Part shown: in pieces, positions 55,064 through 64,000 of the stretch | How positions within the stretch are numbered: the first letter of the stretch is position 1 | Layout of the letters: each line of letters opens with the position of its first letter | NCBI GenBank assembly: GCA_030748735.1 | Contig: JASMLK010000144.1 | Span: 47,383 to 111,382, forward strand | Direction of reading: 5' to 3' | Source: Myxococcota bacterium | Lineage (GTDB): Bacteria > Myxococcota_A > UBA9160 > UBA4427 | DNA: 64,000 nucleotides | Program-made: the position numbers and the translations under genes | Notes under the pieces: generated by a model | Databases searched by the model: none | Seen by the model: only the letters and a program-made list of their open reading frames with translations | What the model was told of the DNA's origin: nothing

Positions 55064-55800
55064 TCCGTCTTTCCAAGATCTGGAAGACGTACGAAATGGG
55101 CACGCAGAAGCTCCATGCCCTGCAGGACGTCAGCACGACGATCGAGCAGGGCGAGCATCTGGCCATCATGGGCCCAAGCGGTTCGGGCAAGTCGACGCTG
55201 CTCAACATCGTCGGGTGCCTCGACCAGCCGACTTCGGGCGAGTACTTCCTCGACGGCGAGGACGTGGCGCAGCTCTCAGACGACGACCTCGCCGAGGTTC
55301 GTCTGCGCAAGATCGGTTTCGTCTTCCAGTCGTTTCATCTGATTCCGCGCCTTTCTGCGCTCGCCAACGTCGCGCTCCCGATGGTGTTTGCGGGCGTACC
55401 GGCGGCAGAGCGAGAGGAGCGTGCACGCGAGGCCATCGACTCCGTCGGATTGGCGGATTGGAGCGATCACAAACCGGCCGAACTCTCCGGCGGCCAGAAG
55501 CAACGGGTGGCCGTTGCGCGTGCCGTGGTGATGCGCCCGGGGCTCTTGCTGGCCGACGAACCCACGGGCAACCTCGATTCGGCGTCCGGGCGCCAGGTGC
55601 TCGACATCCTGTGCGGGCTCAACCAGCAGGGCATTACGCTCATCACGGTGACCCACGACCCCAACGTCGCGCGTCTCGCAGAGCGCGTGATGGTCCTGAC
55701 GGACGGTGCGATCCTGCGCGAAGTGGAAGGTCGCAAGGTCTCGACCCTCGACGACCTCTTCAGCCCCGTCGCAAGCGGTGCTCGGGATGAACTCGCATGA
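55060..55800 (+). CDS. ABC transporter ATP-binding protein (MacB/LolD-like)
   Basis: GPSGSGKS, LSGGQKQR, ADEPTGNLD, VTHD. Confidence 0.95.
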   Translation: MIRLSKIWKTYEMGTQKLHALQDVSTTIEQGEHLAIMGPSGSGKSTLLNIVGCLDQPTSGEYFLDGEDVAQLSDDDLAEVRLRKIGFVFQSFHLIPRLSALANVALPMVFAGVPAAEREERAREAIDSVGLADWSDHKPAELSGGQKQRVAVARAVVMRPGLLLADEPTGNLDSASGRQVLDILCGLNQQGITLITVTHDPNVARLAERVMVLTDGAILREVEGRKVSTLDDLFSPVASGARDELA

Positions 55801-57002
55801 TGAGCGGTCGCGACATCGTGGGCTTCGCCGCGAACGCGCTGCTCGAACATCGTCGCCGCACCCTGCTGAGCCTCCTTGGTGTTGCGATGGGGGCCACGGC
55901 GGTGGTCTTCCTCACCGGGCTCGGTGAAGGGGCGCGGTTGTTCGTGCGCGGCGAGTTCGAAACCCTCGGCAGCAATCTCGTGGTCGTTCTCCCCGGCAAG
56001 AACGAAACCGCCGGTGCTTTGCCCGGTGTGGGTGGCGTGCCCAACGATCTCACGATCGAAGACGCACGGGCACTCAGCCGGGAACTGCGCGGGGCACGCG
56101 CGGTGATACCGATTTCGACGGGTACGGACCTGGTTTCGTTTCGTGAGCGCCGCCGACAGGTGGCCATCGTCGGAACGACGCGCAAGTTCTTCGACGCGAT
56201 GAACTTGCGGGTGGCGCGGGGCAGCTTCCTGCCAACCGCCGAACTCGGTCGCGGTTCCTCGGTGGCCGTGCTGGGCAACAAGGCCGCACGCGAACTCTTT
56301 CAGGACCGCGACCCCATCGGCGAAGTCGTGCGTGTCGGCGATGCAAGAATGCGCGTAATCGGTGTATTGGCGAGTCGGGGCACCCAGATGGGGCAGAACA
56401 TCGACGACATGTTGTTCGCCCCGGCGACGACGGTGATGCAGCTCTTCAATCGCAGTTCTCTCCGCCGCATCATGGTTCAACTCAACGCGTATGCGGATGC
56501 GGACGCGATGGTGGAGCAGATCATCGCCATCATGACCGAACGCCACGACGAAGAAGACGTCACCTGCATCACCCAGGCTGCGGTGATGGAATCGCTCGGT
56601 GGCATCCTGCGTGCGTTGACGCTCGCCGTCGGTGGGATTGCGGCGATCTCCCTCGCCGTCGCCGGGATCGGGATCATGAATGTGATGCTGGTGTCGGTTT
56701 CGGAACGCACTTCCGAAATCGGCCTGCTCAAAGCGGTCGGCGCACGCGGGCGCGACATCCTCGCGGTCTTCCTGATCGAATCGGCTCTGTTGTCCGCCAT
56801 GGGAGGCGTGTTGGGGCTCGCGCTCGGCCGTTCGCTGCTGTTGCTCGTGTCCTACCTCTATCCGAAGGTTCCCGCGACGACGCCCCTGTGGATCGTGCTC
56901 TCGGTGCTCGCCATGGCGATTTCGACCGGGCCACTCTTCGGTGTGATTCCGGCGTGGCGGGCCATGCAGCTCGAACCCGTTGCGTCGCTTCGCAAGGGAT
57001 GA
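55797..57002 (+). CDS. ABC permease (MacB/FtsX family)
   Basis: RTLLSLLGV, GIMNVMLVSVSERTSEIGLLKAVGA, PAWRA..LEPV. Confidence 0.93.
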   Translation: MMSGRDIVGFAANALLEHRRRTLLSLLGVAMGATAVVFLTGLGEGARLFVRGEFETLGSNLVVVLPGKNETAGALPGVGGVPNDLTIEDARALSRELRGARAVIPISTGTDLVSFRERRRQVAIVGTTRKFFDAMNLRVARGSFLPTAELGRGSSVAVLGNKAARELFQDRDPIGEVVRVGDARMRVIGVLASRGTQMGQNIDDMLFAPATTVMQLFNRSSLRRIMVQLNAYADADAMVEQIIAIMTERHDEEDVTCITQAAVMESLGGILRALTLAVGGIAAISLAVAGIGIMNVMLVSVSERTSEIGLLKAVGARGRDILAVFLIESALLSAMGGVLGLALGRSLLLLVSYLYPKVPATTPLWIVLSVLAMAISTGPLFGVIPAWRAMQLEPVASLRKG

Positions 57003-57015
57003 GGAGGAAGCGGTG

Positions 57016-58260
57016 ATGTCCATGCCGGCTGCCGGGCCCTCGAACGCTCGCCCAGACATCCCGCTTCGCGAGTTGCTCGGCTTTTCTGGGGGCGCCCTGC
57101 GCGCGTATCCCCTGCGCAGCGTGCTTTCGATGCTCGGGATTGCGATCGGTGTGATGTCGGTCGTCCTGCTCACCTCGATCGGCGAAGGCACGCGGCGCTA
57201 CATCCTCAGCGAGTTCATGCAGTTCGGTACGACGGTGATCGCGATCCATCCCGGCAAGACCGAAACCGGTGGTTTGCCGGGGGTGCTTGGGGGGACCACG
57301 CGCAAGCTCACGATCGACGATTCGGAGGCGCTGGCTCGCCTGCCGAACGTGACCAGCGTCGTGCCGACCACGATGGCCAGTGGGCCGGTGGAATATGGCG
57401 GGCGATCGCGCAGCGTCTACATCTACGGTGCAACGGCCGCGATGCCCGAAGTGCTGCGATTCGGGGTGGCGCGAGGGAGCTTCCTTCCGCCCGGTGATCC
57501 ACGTCGCGGGGCGTCGGTCACCGTGCTCGGCCCGAAACTCAAGCGCGAGCTGTTCGGTGACAGCTACGCACTCGGTCGTTTCGTTCGCATCGCGGGTACC
57601 AGGCTGCGCGTGATCGGCATCATGGAAGCCAAGGGACGAATCCTGGGCCTCGACATCGACGACGGTGCCTACGTCCCGATCGCAACCGCGATGCAGATCT
57701 TCAACCTCGACGAAGTCCACGAGATCGACGTCACCTACGAACACGAATACCAGACCGATGCGTTGGCGGAAGCGATCCGCCAGACCTTGATGTCGCGCCA
57801 CGGCGATCGCGAAGACTTCACCATCACGACCCAGACGGCGATGATCGAAACCTTCGGCAGCGTGATGCGCGTGATCACCCTGGGTGTCGGTGCGATCGCG
57901 ATGGTCTCGTTGATCGTCGGGGCGGTGGGGATCCTCACGATGATGTGGATCAGTGTCGGGGAGCGCACCGGTGAGATCGGCTTGTTGCGTGCGATCGGCG
58001 TGCGCAATCGAGATGTGCTGCGGATCTTCCTCGTCGAAGCCGCGATGCTCACGAGCCTCGGCGGATTCGCGGGGATGGTGCTGGGGTTGGCGATCGCAGC
58101 TGTCTTGCGGCTCGCGATTCCGGGTCTGCCCGTCCATACCCCCGCGATCTATCTCGTGGGCGCCATGGCGATGAGTGTCGCGACCGGACTGCTTTCGGGG
58201 ATCGCTCCGGCGCGCCGCGCAGCAGCACTCGAACCCGTCGAGGCGTTGCGGGCCGAATAG
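57016..58260 (+). CDS. ABC permease (MacB/FtsX family), second paralog
   Basis: RSVLSMLGI, SVGERTGEIGLLRAIG, PARRAA.LEPVEALR. Confidence 0.93.
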   Translation: MSMPAAGPSNARPDIPLRELLGFSGGALRAYPLRSVLSMLGIAIGVMSVVLLTSIGEGTRRYILSEFMQFGTTVIAIHPGKTETGGLPGVLGGTTRKLTIDDSEALARLPNVTSVVPTTMASGPVEYGGRSRSVYIYGATAAMPEVLRFGVARGSFLPPGDPRRGASVTVLGPKLKRELFGDSYALGRFVRIAGTRLRVIGIMEAKGRILGLDIDDGAYVPIATAMQIFNLDEVHEIDVTYEHEYQTDALAEAIRQTLMSRHGDREDFTITTQTAMIETFGSVMRVITLGVGAIAMVSLIVGAVGILTMMWISVGERTGEIGLLRAIGVRNRDVLRIFLVEAAMLTSLGGFAGMVLGLAIAAVLRLAIPGLPVHTPAIYLVGAMAMSVATGLLSGIAPARRAAALEPVEALRAE

Positions 58261-58282
58261 TCTTCCTTGGCGGTCGTGCTTT

Positions 58283-59806
58283 TCAGCCCCCCGCGACCAG
58301 CGCCGAGTTGATCTGCAGCCGCTGTTCGCTTTCGAACAGTTCCTTGCGATCGTCGATCCAGGCCTGGATGAGCGAGTTCTGCTGCTGCAGCTCGAGGGAT
58401 TCGCGCGCTGTTTCGACGGCACCGGCCAATGTGGCGGGGTCGGGGTCCTGGCGATCGATCAACTGGATCAAGACGAGATCGTCGCCAACGTCGAAGACTC
58501 TGGGCGAACTCGGCGCTTCGGTGCTCAGCGTGAAGGCCGTCGACAAGATGTCGAGGGAAGGTCGGCTCAAGCCGGGAATGAAGCCATCGCGGCGTCGAGT
58601 AAAGAAGCTCGTGCGTTCGAGGGTGAGGTCGGCGGCACGGGCCGCGTCTTCGAGGGACTCGCCGCCCTTGATGGCTTCGGCGAGTCGGTCGGCGAGACCG
58701 CGCGCCGCTTCCGCCGCGGCACCGTCGGCTGCGAGTTCGAGGCCGACTTCGTCGAACGACTTGCGTCCCGCTTCGGTCTTCGCGTCGACCTTCAGGATGT
58801 GAAGCCCCTCGATGCCATCGATGACTTCGCTCACCGCGCCGACGTCGAGGGAGAAAGCAGCCGCCTCGAGGCTGGGGGCGACGTCACCTCGGGGGACTTC
58901 GCCTAGACTTCCGCCGTTTTCCCGGGTGCTCTCGTCGTCCGACACTTCGGCGGCGACCGCGGCGAAGTCCTCGCCCTGATCGAGTCGCGCGCGAATGAGT
59001 TCGGCGCGTTCGCGGTTGGCGGTCGCGGCAGTTTCGGTGCCGCCGTCGGGCTTCAGCAGGATGTGGCGAAGGCTCACCTTTTCCGGCGTCGCGAAGCCGA
59101 GGACGTCGGCGTCGTAGCGCGCGAGCAGCGCATCACGATTCGCCGCGAGGTAGCCCACCACCGTGGCCTCGTCGGGCTTCTGCGATTCGGGCAGGGTCTC
59201 GGCCCCGAGCGCCACGAACGCGATGCGCGCCTCCTCGGTCCGGTAGCGGGCCGCGCTGAAGGCCTCGGCGTCGCTGATTTCGACCTGGGACATCACCAAT
59301 TCGAACATTTTTTGCTGCAAAAGGTCGCGTTGCATCGACGCCAGGAAGTTGGCCTGGCTGCCGAATTCCCATTTGATCTGGGCGTCGAACTCGTCCTGGA
59401 TGAAACGGCCGCTCTCGTCACGCAGGCCCGGATCGTTGCGCAGGATGTCCTTTACCTCTTCGGGGCTCGCGACCAACCCGAGTTCGCCCGCCGACTGGGA
59501 CAGCACGACCTGGTTGACCACGGCCTGTAGTGCTTGCGCATCGAGGAACGACGACATGGCGTCGGCGTCGAACTGGTCGCCGAGGCTGTTCTGAAGACGA
59601 TCCGACTGCTGCTTCCGCACGCGCTGGTAGTCATTCATCCGGATACGGACATCGTCGAGAACCACCACCTCCGTACCCAGGCCGCCGCCACCACCACCAC
59701 CGGGCGTCGAGCCCCCCAGTCCGAGAAAGAAGACGAAGACGATGCCGATGGCGAATACGAAGATGGCGGTGAGCCATCGCTGGCCTTTGCGGATGCGTTC
59801 GAGCAC
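58283..59806 (-). CDS. ppiD: PpiD-like membrane-anchored chaperone (SurA-N + parvulin)
   Basis: N-terminal LERIRK plus TM, RHILL, FAAVAAEVSDD, GGSLG, GLHILKV; AAGGAG RBS. Confidence 0.82.
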   Translation of the reverse strand: MLERIRKGQRWLTAIFVFAIGIVFVFFLGLGGSTPGGGGGGGLGTEVVVLDDVRIRMNDYQRVRKQQSDRLQNSLGDQFDADAMSSFLDAQALQAVVNQVVLSQSAGELGLVASPEEVKDILRNDPGLRDESGRFIQDEFDAQIKWEFGSQANFLASMQRDLLQQKMFELVMSQVEISDAEAFSAARYRTEEARIAFVALGAETLPESQKPDEATVVGYLAANRDALLARYDADVLGFATPEKVSLRHILLKPDGGTETAATANRERAELIRARLDQGEDFAAVAAEVSDDESTRENGGSLGEVPRGDVAPSLEAAAFSLDVGAVSEVIDGIEGLHILKVDAKTEAGRKSFDEVGLELAADGAAAEAARGLADRLAEAIKGGESLEDAARAADLTLERTSFFTRRRDGFIPGLSRPSLDILSTAFTLSTEAPSSPRVFDVGDDLVLIQLIDRQDPDPATLAGAVETARESLELQQQNSLIQAWIDDRKELFESEQRLQINSALVAGG

Positions 59807-59965
59807 AGAGAACTCCTTGAATTCCGGCAAGCCGGCTCGGAAGGAGCGCGAGAGTAGTTGTGCGGCGGGGGCCGATCAAGCATGAGACACGCCGTCTTCG
59901 CTTGTCCTCGAAAGGGCCGGTTGGTATCGTGCCCTTGCGAGGAGGGGGCAATCAAACATCCGTGA

Positions 59966-61222
<1,257 letters not shown>

Positions 61223-61319
61223 TCCGGTGTGACCAGGCCGAGCGCTGCATCACCCGGCAGGTCGTATCCCACCGGAAAGTCAGCGTTTTTTCGCCTGCTG
61301 TGGGGTGGGGTCCGGCGTC

Positions 61320-62255
61320 GTGATCGACTTCCTGAAGCGCTTCAGTGCGCCGATCGGCTTCGTGTTCCTGCTGCTCATCGCCGCGATCGCGATGGTGGGG
61401 GACACGCGCGATCTCGAAACCCGCCGTCACCAGTTGCCCTGGTGGCAGGCGGTGGTGATCGAAGTGGTCGCGCCTGTGCAGCGCGTCGTTTCGGTGCCGG
61501 CCACCTCGGTACGCGACGTGATCAACAACTATGTCGACCTCGTCTACGTCGCGGACGAAAACGAAAGACTCAAAGCGCGCGTGGCCGAGCTGGAAGAGAT
61601 CAACCTGCAGTACCGCGAAGCGTTGGTCGCGAGTGGGCATCTCGATCGCATCGCCGCGATGCGCGAAGACTTCGAAGTACCGATGTTGCCCGCGCGTGTC
61701 GTGGGGCTCGACATCTCACTCTGGTTCCGATCGGTGGTCGTCGATCGCGGTGAAGAACACGGTATTGCGGCGGGCAATCCGATCGTCACCAACAACGGGG
61801 TCGCGGGGCTCGTGACCGCGGCGTCGCGGCGTGCCGCGAAGGCGATGTTGTTGTTGGATCGACAGAGTGCGGTCGACGGAGTGGTGCAGCGCAGTCGTAC
61901 GCGAGGTGTCGTGCGCGGTACGGGTACCGATTCCCTGGAATTTGAATTCGTTGCGCGAGACGGCGACGTGCAAGACGGAGATGTGATCATCACGTCGGGT
62001 CTAGATGCCATCTATCCGAAGGGACTTCGCATCGGGCAGGTGCGCGAGATTCGCGAACGGGGAGGCGACCTGATCCAGACCGCAGTGCTCACACCTGCGG
62101 TCGACTTCGAACGACTCGAGCAGGTGTTCGTCATGTTCTATCAAGGGCCGACGATGGAATTGCTCTACGGCAACCAGGATCCCGATGGGCGTTCCAACGG
62201 GCCTCCCGGTGCGAGCGTTGCAGCGGGCCGCGACGGGGCGAAGCCCTCGTCATGA
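61320..62255 (+). CDS. mreC: Rod shape-determining protein MreC
   Basis: TM, coiled coil ENERLK, VDRG, TSGLD..YPKG; follows mreB. Confidence 0.93.
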   Translation: MIDFLKRFSAPIGFVFLLLIAAIAMVGDTRDLETRRHQLPWWQAVVIEVVAPVQRVVSVPATSVRDVINNYVDLVYVADENERLKARVAELEEINLQYREALVASGHLDRIAAMREDFEVPMLPARVVGLDISLWFRSVVVDRGEEHGIAAGNPIVTNNGVAGLVTAASRRAAKAMLLLDRQSAVDGVVQRSRTRGVVRGTGTDSLEFEFVARDGDVQDGDVIITSGLDAIYPKGLRIGQVREIRERGGDLIQTAVLTPAVDFERLEQVFVMFYQGPTMELLYGNQDPDGRSNGPPGASVAAGRDGAKPSS

Positions 62256-62310
62256 TCGTCAGTCTGCTGGCCAATGCCTTCGCCCCACCCGTCGATGGAG
62301 GTCGACGAGC

Positions 62311-62865
62311 GTGGTAAAACGGATCCTTGCTGTGTTCATCCTGGGGCTGCTTGCGCTCGGCGTGCAGGGCGGTCTCGCGATGGTCATGCCGCGTTCACTC
62401 TGCCCCGACCTCGGCTTGCTCGTCGTGCTTGCGATCGGGCTGCACTGGCTCGAAGTCACACCGGGGATGTTCGTTGCGTCGGCCCTCGGCTTTGCGGCGG
62501 ACCTGTTGTCGAGTGCCATCTTCGGTGCGCACGCCTTGCTGCGCGTGTTGGCTTTTTCGCTGACCTCGCTTGCGCGAAGCCAGATGGACTTGCGGGGCGG
62601 CGCCATCTTCGCCCTGTTCGCCGGCGCCATCACGATCTTGAACGCCCTCGGGCTGATGCTCCTACTGCGCTTCTTCACGTCCGGCGAAGCCGGCGCGGCT
62701 GCGTTTTCGGTATGGGGGGTGTTTTCGGGCGTGTTGCCCCACGCCGCCATCAATGCCTGCCTGGCCCCGGCGGTTTCTGCGGTGGTGGTCTGGGTGTGTG
62801 ATCGCGTCGAGGGCGAAGCGAGTCGTCCCGGGATCGAATTCGAAGCGCGGAGGCCGACCACATGA
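62311..62865 (+). CDS. mreD: Rod shape-determining protein MreD
   Basis: Hydrophobic, PDLGLL, GFAADLLS; lies between mreC and mrdA. Confidence 0.85.
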   Translation: MVKRILAVFILGLLALGVQGGLAMVMPRSLCPDLGLLVVLAIGLHWLEVTPGMFVASALGFAADLLSSAIFGAHALLRVLAFSLTSLARSQMDLRGGAIFALFAGAITILNALGLMLLLRFFTSGEAGAAAFSVWGVFSGVLPHAAINACLAPAVSAVVVWVCDRVEGEASRPGIEFEARRPTT

Positions 62866-64000
62866 TGGGCGGACTCGGCGACGGAAGGCTCTCACCCGGC
62901 GGCCCGCACGCTGCGGAAGGGCGCATCGGCATCATCGCAGTGGGGATCGTGGTCGCCTTCGTGATCTTTGCCGTGCGGTTGTTCCAGCTGCAGATCGTCG
63001 AAGGCGCGGACCTGCGAAGTCGTTCGGAGCAGAACTTCGTGCGCACCATTCGCCTCGAAGCGCCGCGGGGAGACATCGTCGACCGCGATGGCCGGATCCT
63101 CGCGACGACGCGGCCCGCCTACCGCGTGCAGGTGATTCCGAACGAGCTGCGCAGCGGCGACACCACCTTTCGCGCGCTCGGGCAGATCCTCGACGAAGCA
63201 CCGCAGGAGCTTGCGACCCGGGTCGGCAAACCGCGCGGGCGCAAGCGCTTCCAGCCCGTGCTCTTGCGAGGTGATCTCGGATACGAACGCTTCGCGCAGG
63301 TCGAAAGTCACCGCTACGCGTTGCCCGGTGTCGTGACCCACATCGGTCCGCGGCGTGACTACGCCGAGGGCGCCAGCGCGGCCCACCTGCTGGGGACGAT
63401 CGGCGAAATCGGCACCCGTCAGCTCGCGCTGCCCAGGTTCAGCGGTTACGACGCGGGCGAGATCGTCGGCCAGTTCGGTCTCGAAGCGCGGCTCGAATCT
63501 CATCTGCGCGGCAAGGCGGGTGGTCGCAACATGGTGGTCGATGTCGCGGGCCGCGAAATCGAACTGCTCGACGAGATCAAACCCGTGCCCGGCGGCCGCG
63601 TCGTGCTGACCCTCGACGCCGACCTGCAGCGCGCGGCCGAAGAAGCCTTTCGCTCGAAAGATCCAGAGGTGTCCGACCACATGGGAGCCCTGGTTGCGAT
63701 CGATCCATCGAACGGGGAGATCCTCGCGCTGGCTTCGCTTCCCGCCTACGACCCGAACGCCTTTGCGGGTGGGATCGACTCGGCGACCTGGGATGGCCTG
63801 ATTTCCGACCCCTGGAAGCCGCTGCGCAATCGCGCCGTGTCGGGTGAATATCCGCCGGGCTCGACCTACAAGGCGGTCGTTGCTGCTGCGGGGCTCTCGG
63901 AAAAAGAGATCACGCGCGAAGAGGAGATCTTCTGTCCGGGTCACTACCGGCTCGGTCGCAGGGTGTATCGCTGCTGGAAGCGTGGGGGGCACGGCAACGT
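62862..64000 (+). CDS. mrdA: Penicillin-binding protein 2 (partial, runs off the window)
   Basis: Translated by hand: RLFQLQI, APRGDIVDR, YPPGSTYK (SxxK). Confidence 0.93.
   Translation, partial: MMGGLGDGRLSPGGPHAAEGRIGIIAVGIVVAFVIFAVRLFQLQIVEGADLRSRSEQNFVRTIRLEAPRGDIVDRDGRILATTRPAYRVQVIPNELRSGDTTFRALGQILDEAPQELATRVGKPRGRKRFQPVLLRGDLGYERFAQVESHRYALPGVVTHIGPRRDYAEGASAAHLLGTIGEIGTRQLALPRFSGYDAGEIVGQFGLEARLESHLRGKAGGRNMVVDVAGREIELLDEIKPVPGGRVVLTLDADLQRAAEEAFRSKDPEVSDHMGALVAIDPSNGEILALASLPAYDPNAFAGGIDSATWDGLISDPWKPLRNRAVSGEYPPGSTYKAVVAAAGLSEKEITREEEIFCPGHYRLGRRVYRCWKRGGHGN

Overview
High-GC bacterial chromosomal window, mostly core genes. The gene content (Dif-like chemosensory operon, hrcA-grpE-dnaK-dnaJ, LpoA-like lipoprotein) suggests a Myxococcota/deltaproteobacterial lineage; this is inference only. 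From left to right: a degraded, att-like flank next to tRNA-Phe(GAA); cyclophilin, ggt and an M16 protease; hemW-hrcA-grpE-dnaK-dnaJ, an LpoA-like lipoprotein, lon and thiL; a Dif-type chemosensory operon (MCP-cheW-cheY-cheA-cheC); larB-larC and an esterase; a mosaic accessory stretch (~26.4-42.7 kb) with a degenerate REC-PilZ protein, a DUF2889-like protein, MFS, RND pump, WS/DGAT, TetR, MMPL, USP, a MetE-core protein and several gene fragments; groEL-groES with CIRCE; lexA; a Tat aldo/keto reductase, a GMC oxidoreductase with a small Tat partner and an OatA-like acyltransferase; two PTPS paralogs with folE; a MacAB-like ABC exporter; ppiD; mreB-mreC-mreD-mrdA (runs off the end). The most striking signal is that cheA is split by a -1 frame change exactly at an A10 tract in the Hpt/kinase linker, with an upstream SD-like GGAG. 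This is a candidate programmed frameshift or slippage site yielding a free Hpt protein plus full-length CheA, but a homopolymer sequencing error cannot be excluded from the sequence alone. Other signals: a ~98-bp MITE-like element inside that operon, a candidate TTCG-N7-TTCG LexA box, an apparently catalytically degenerate PTPS paired with an intact one, a 16-bp tandem array upstream of mreB, and a dispersed IHF-like palindromic motif. No CRISPR array, rRNA or intact transposase/integrase was seen.
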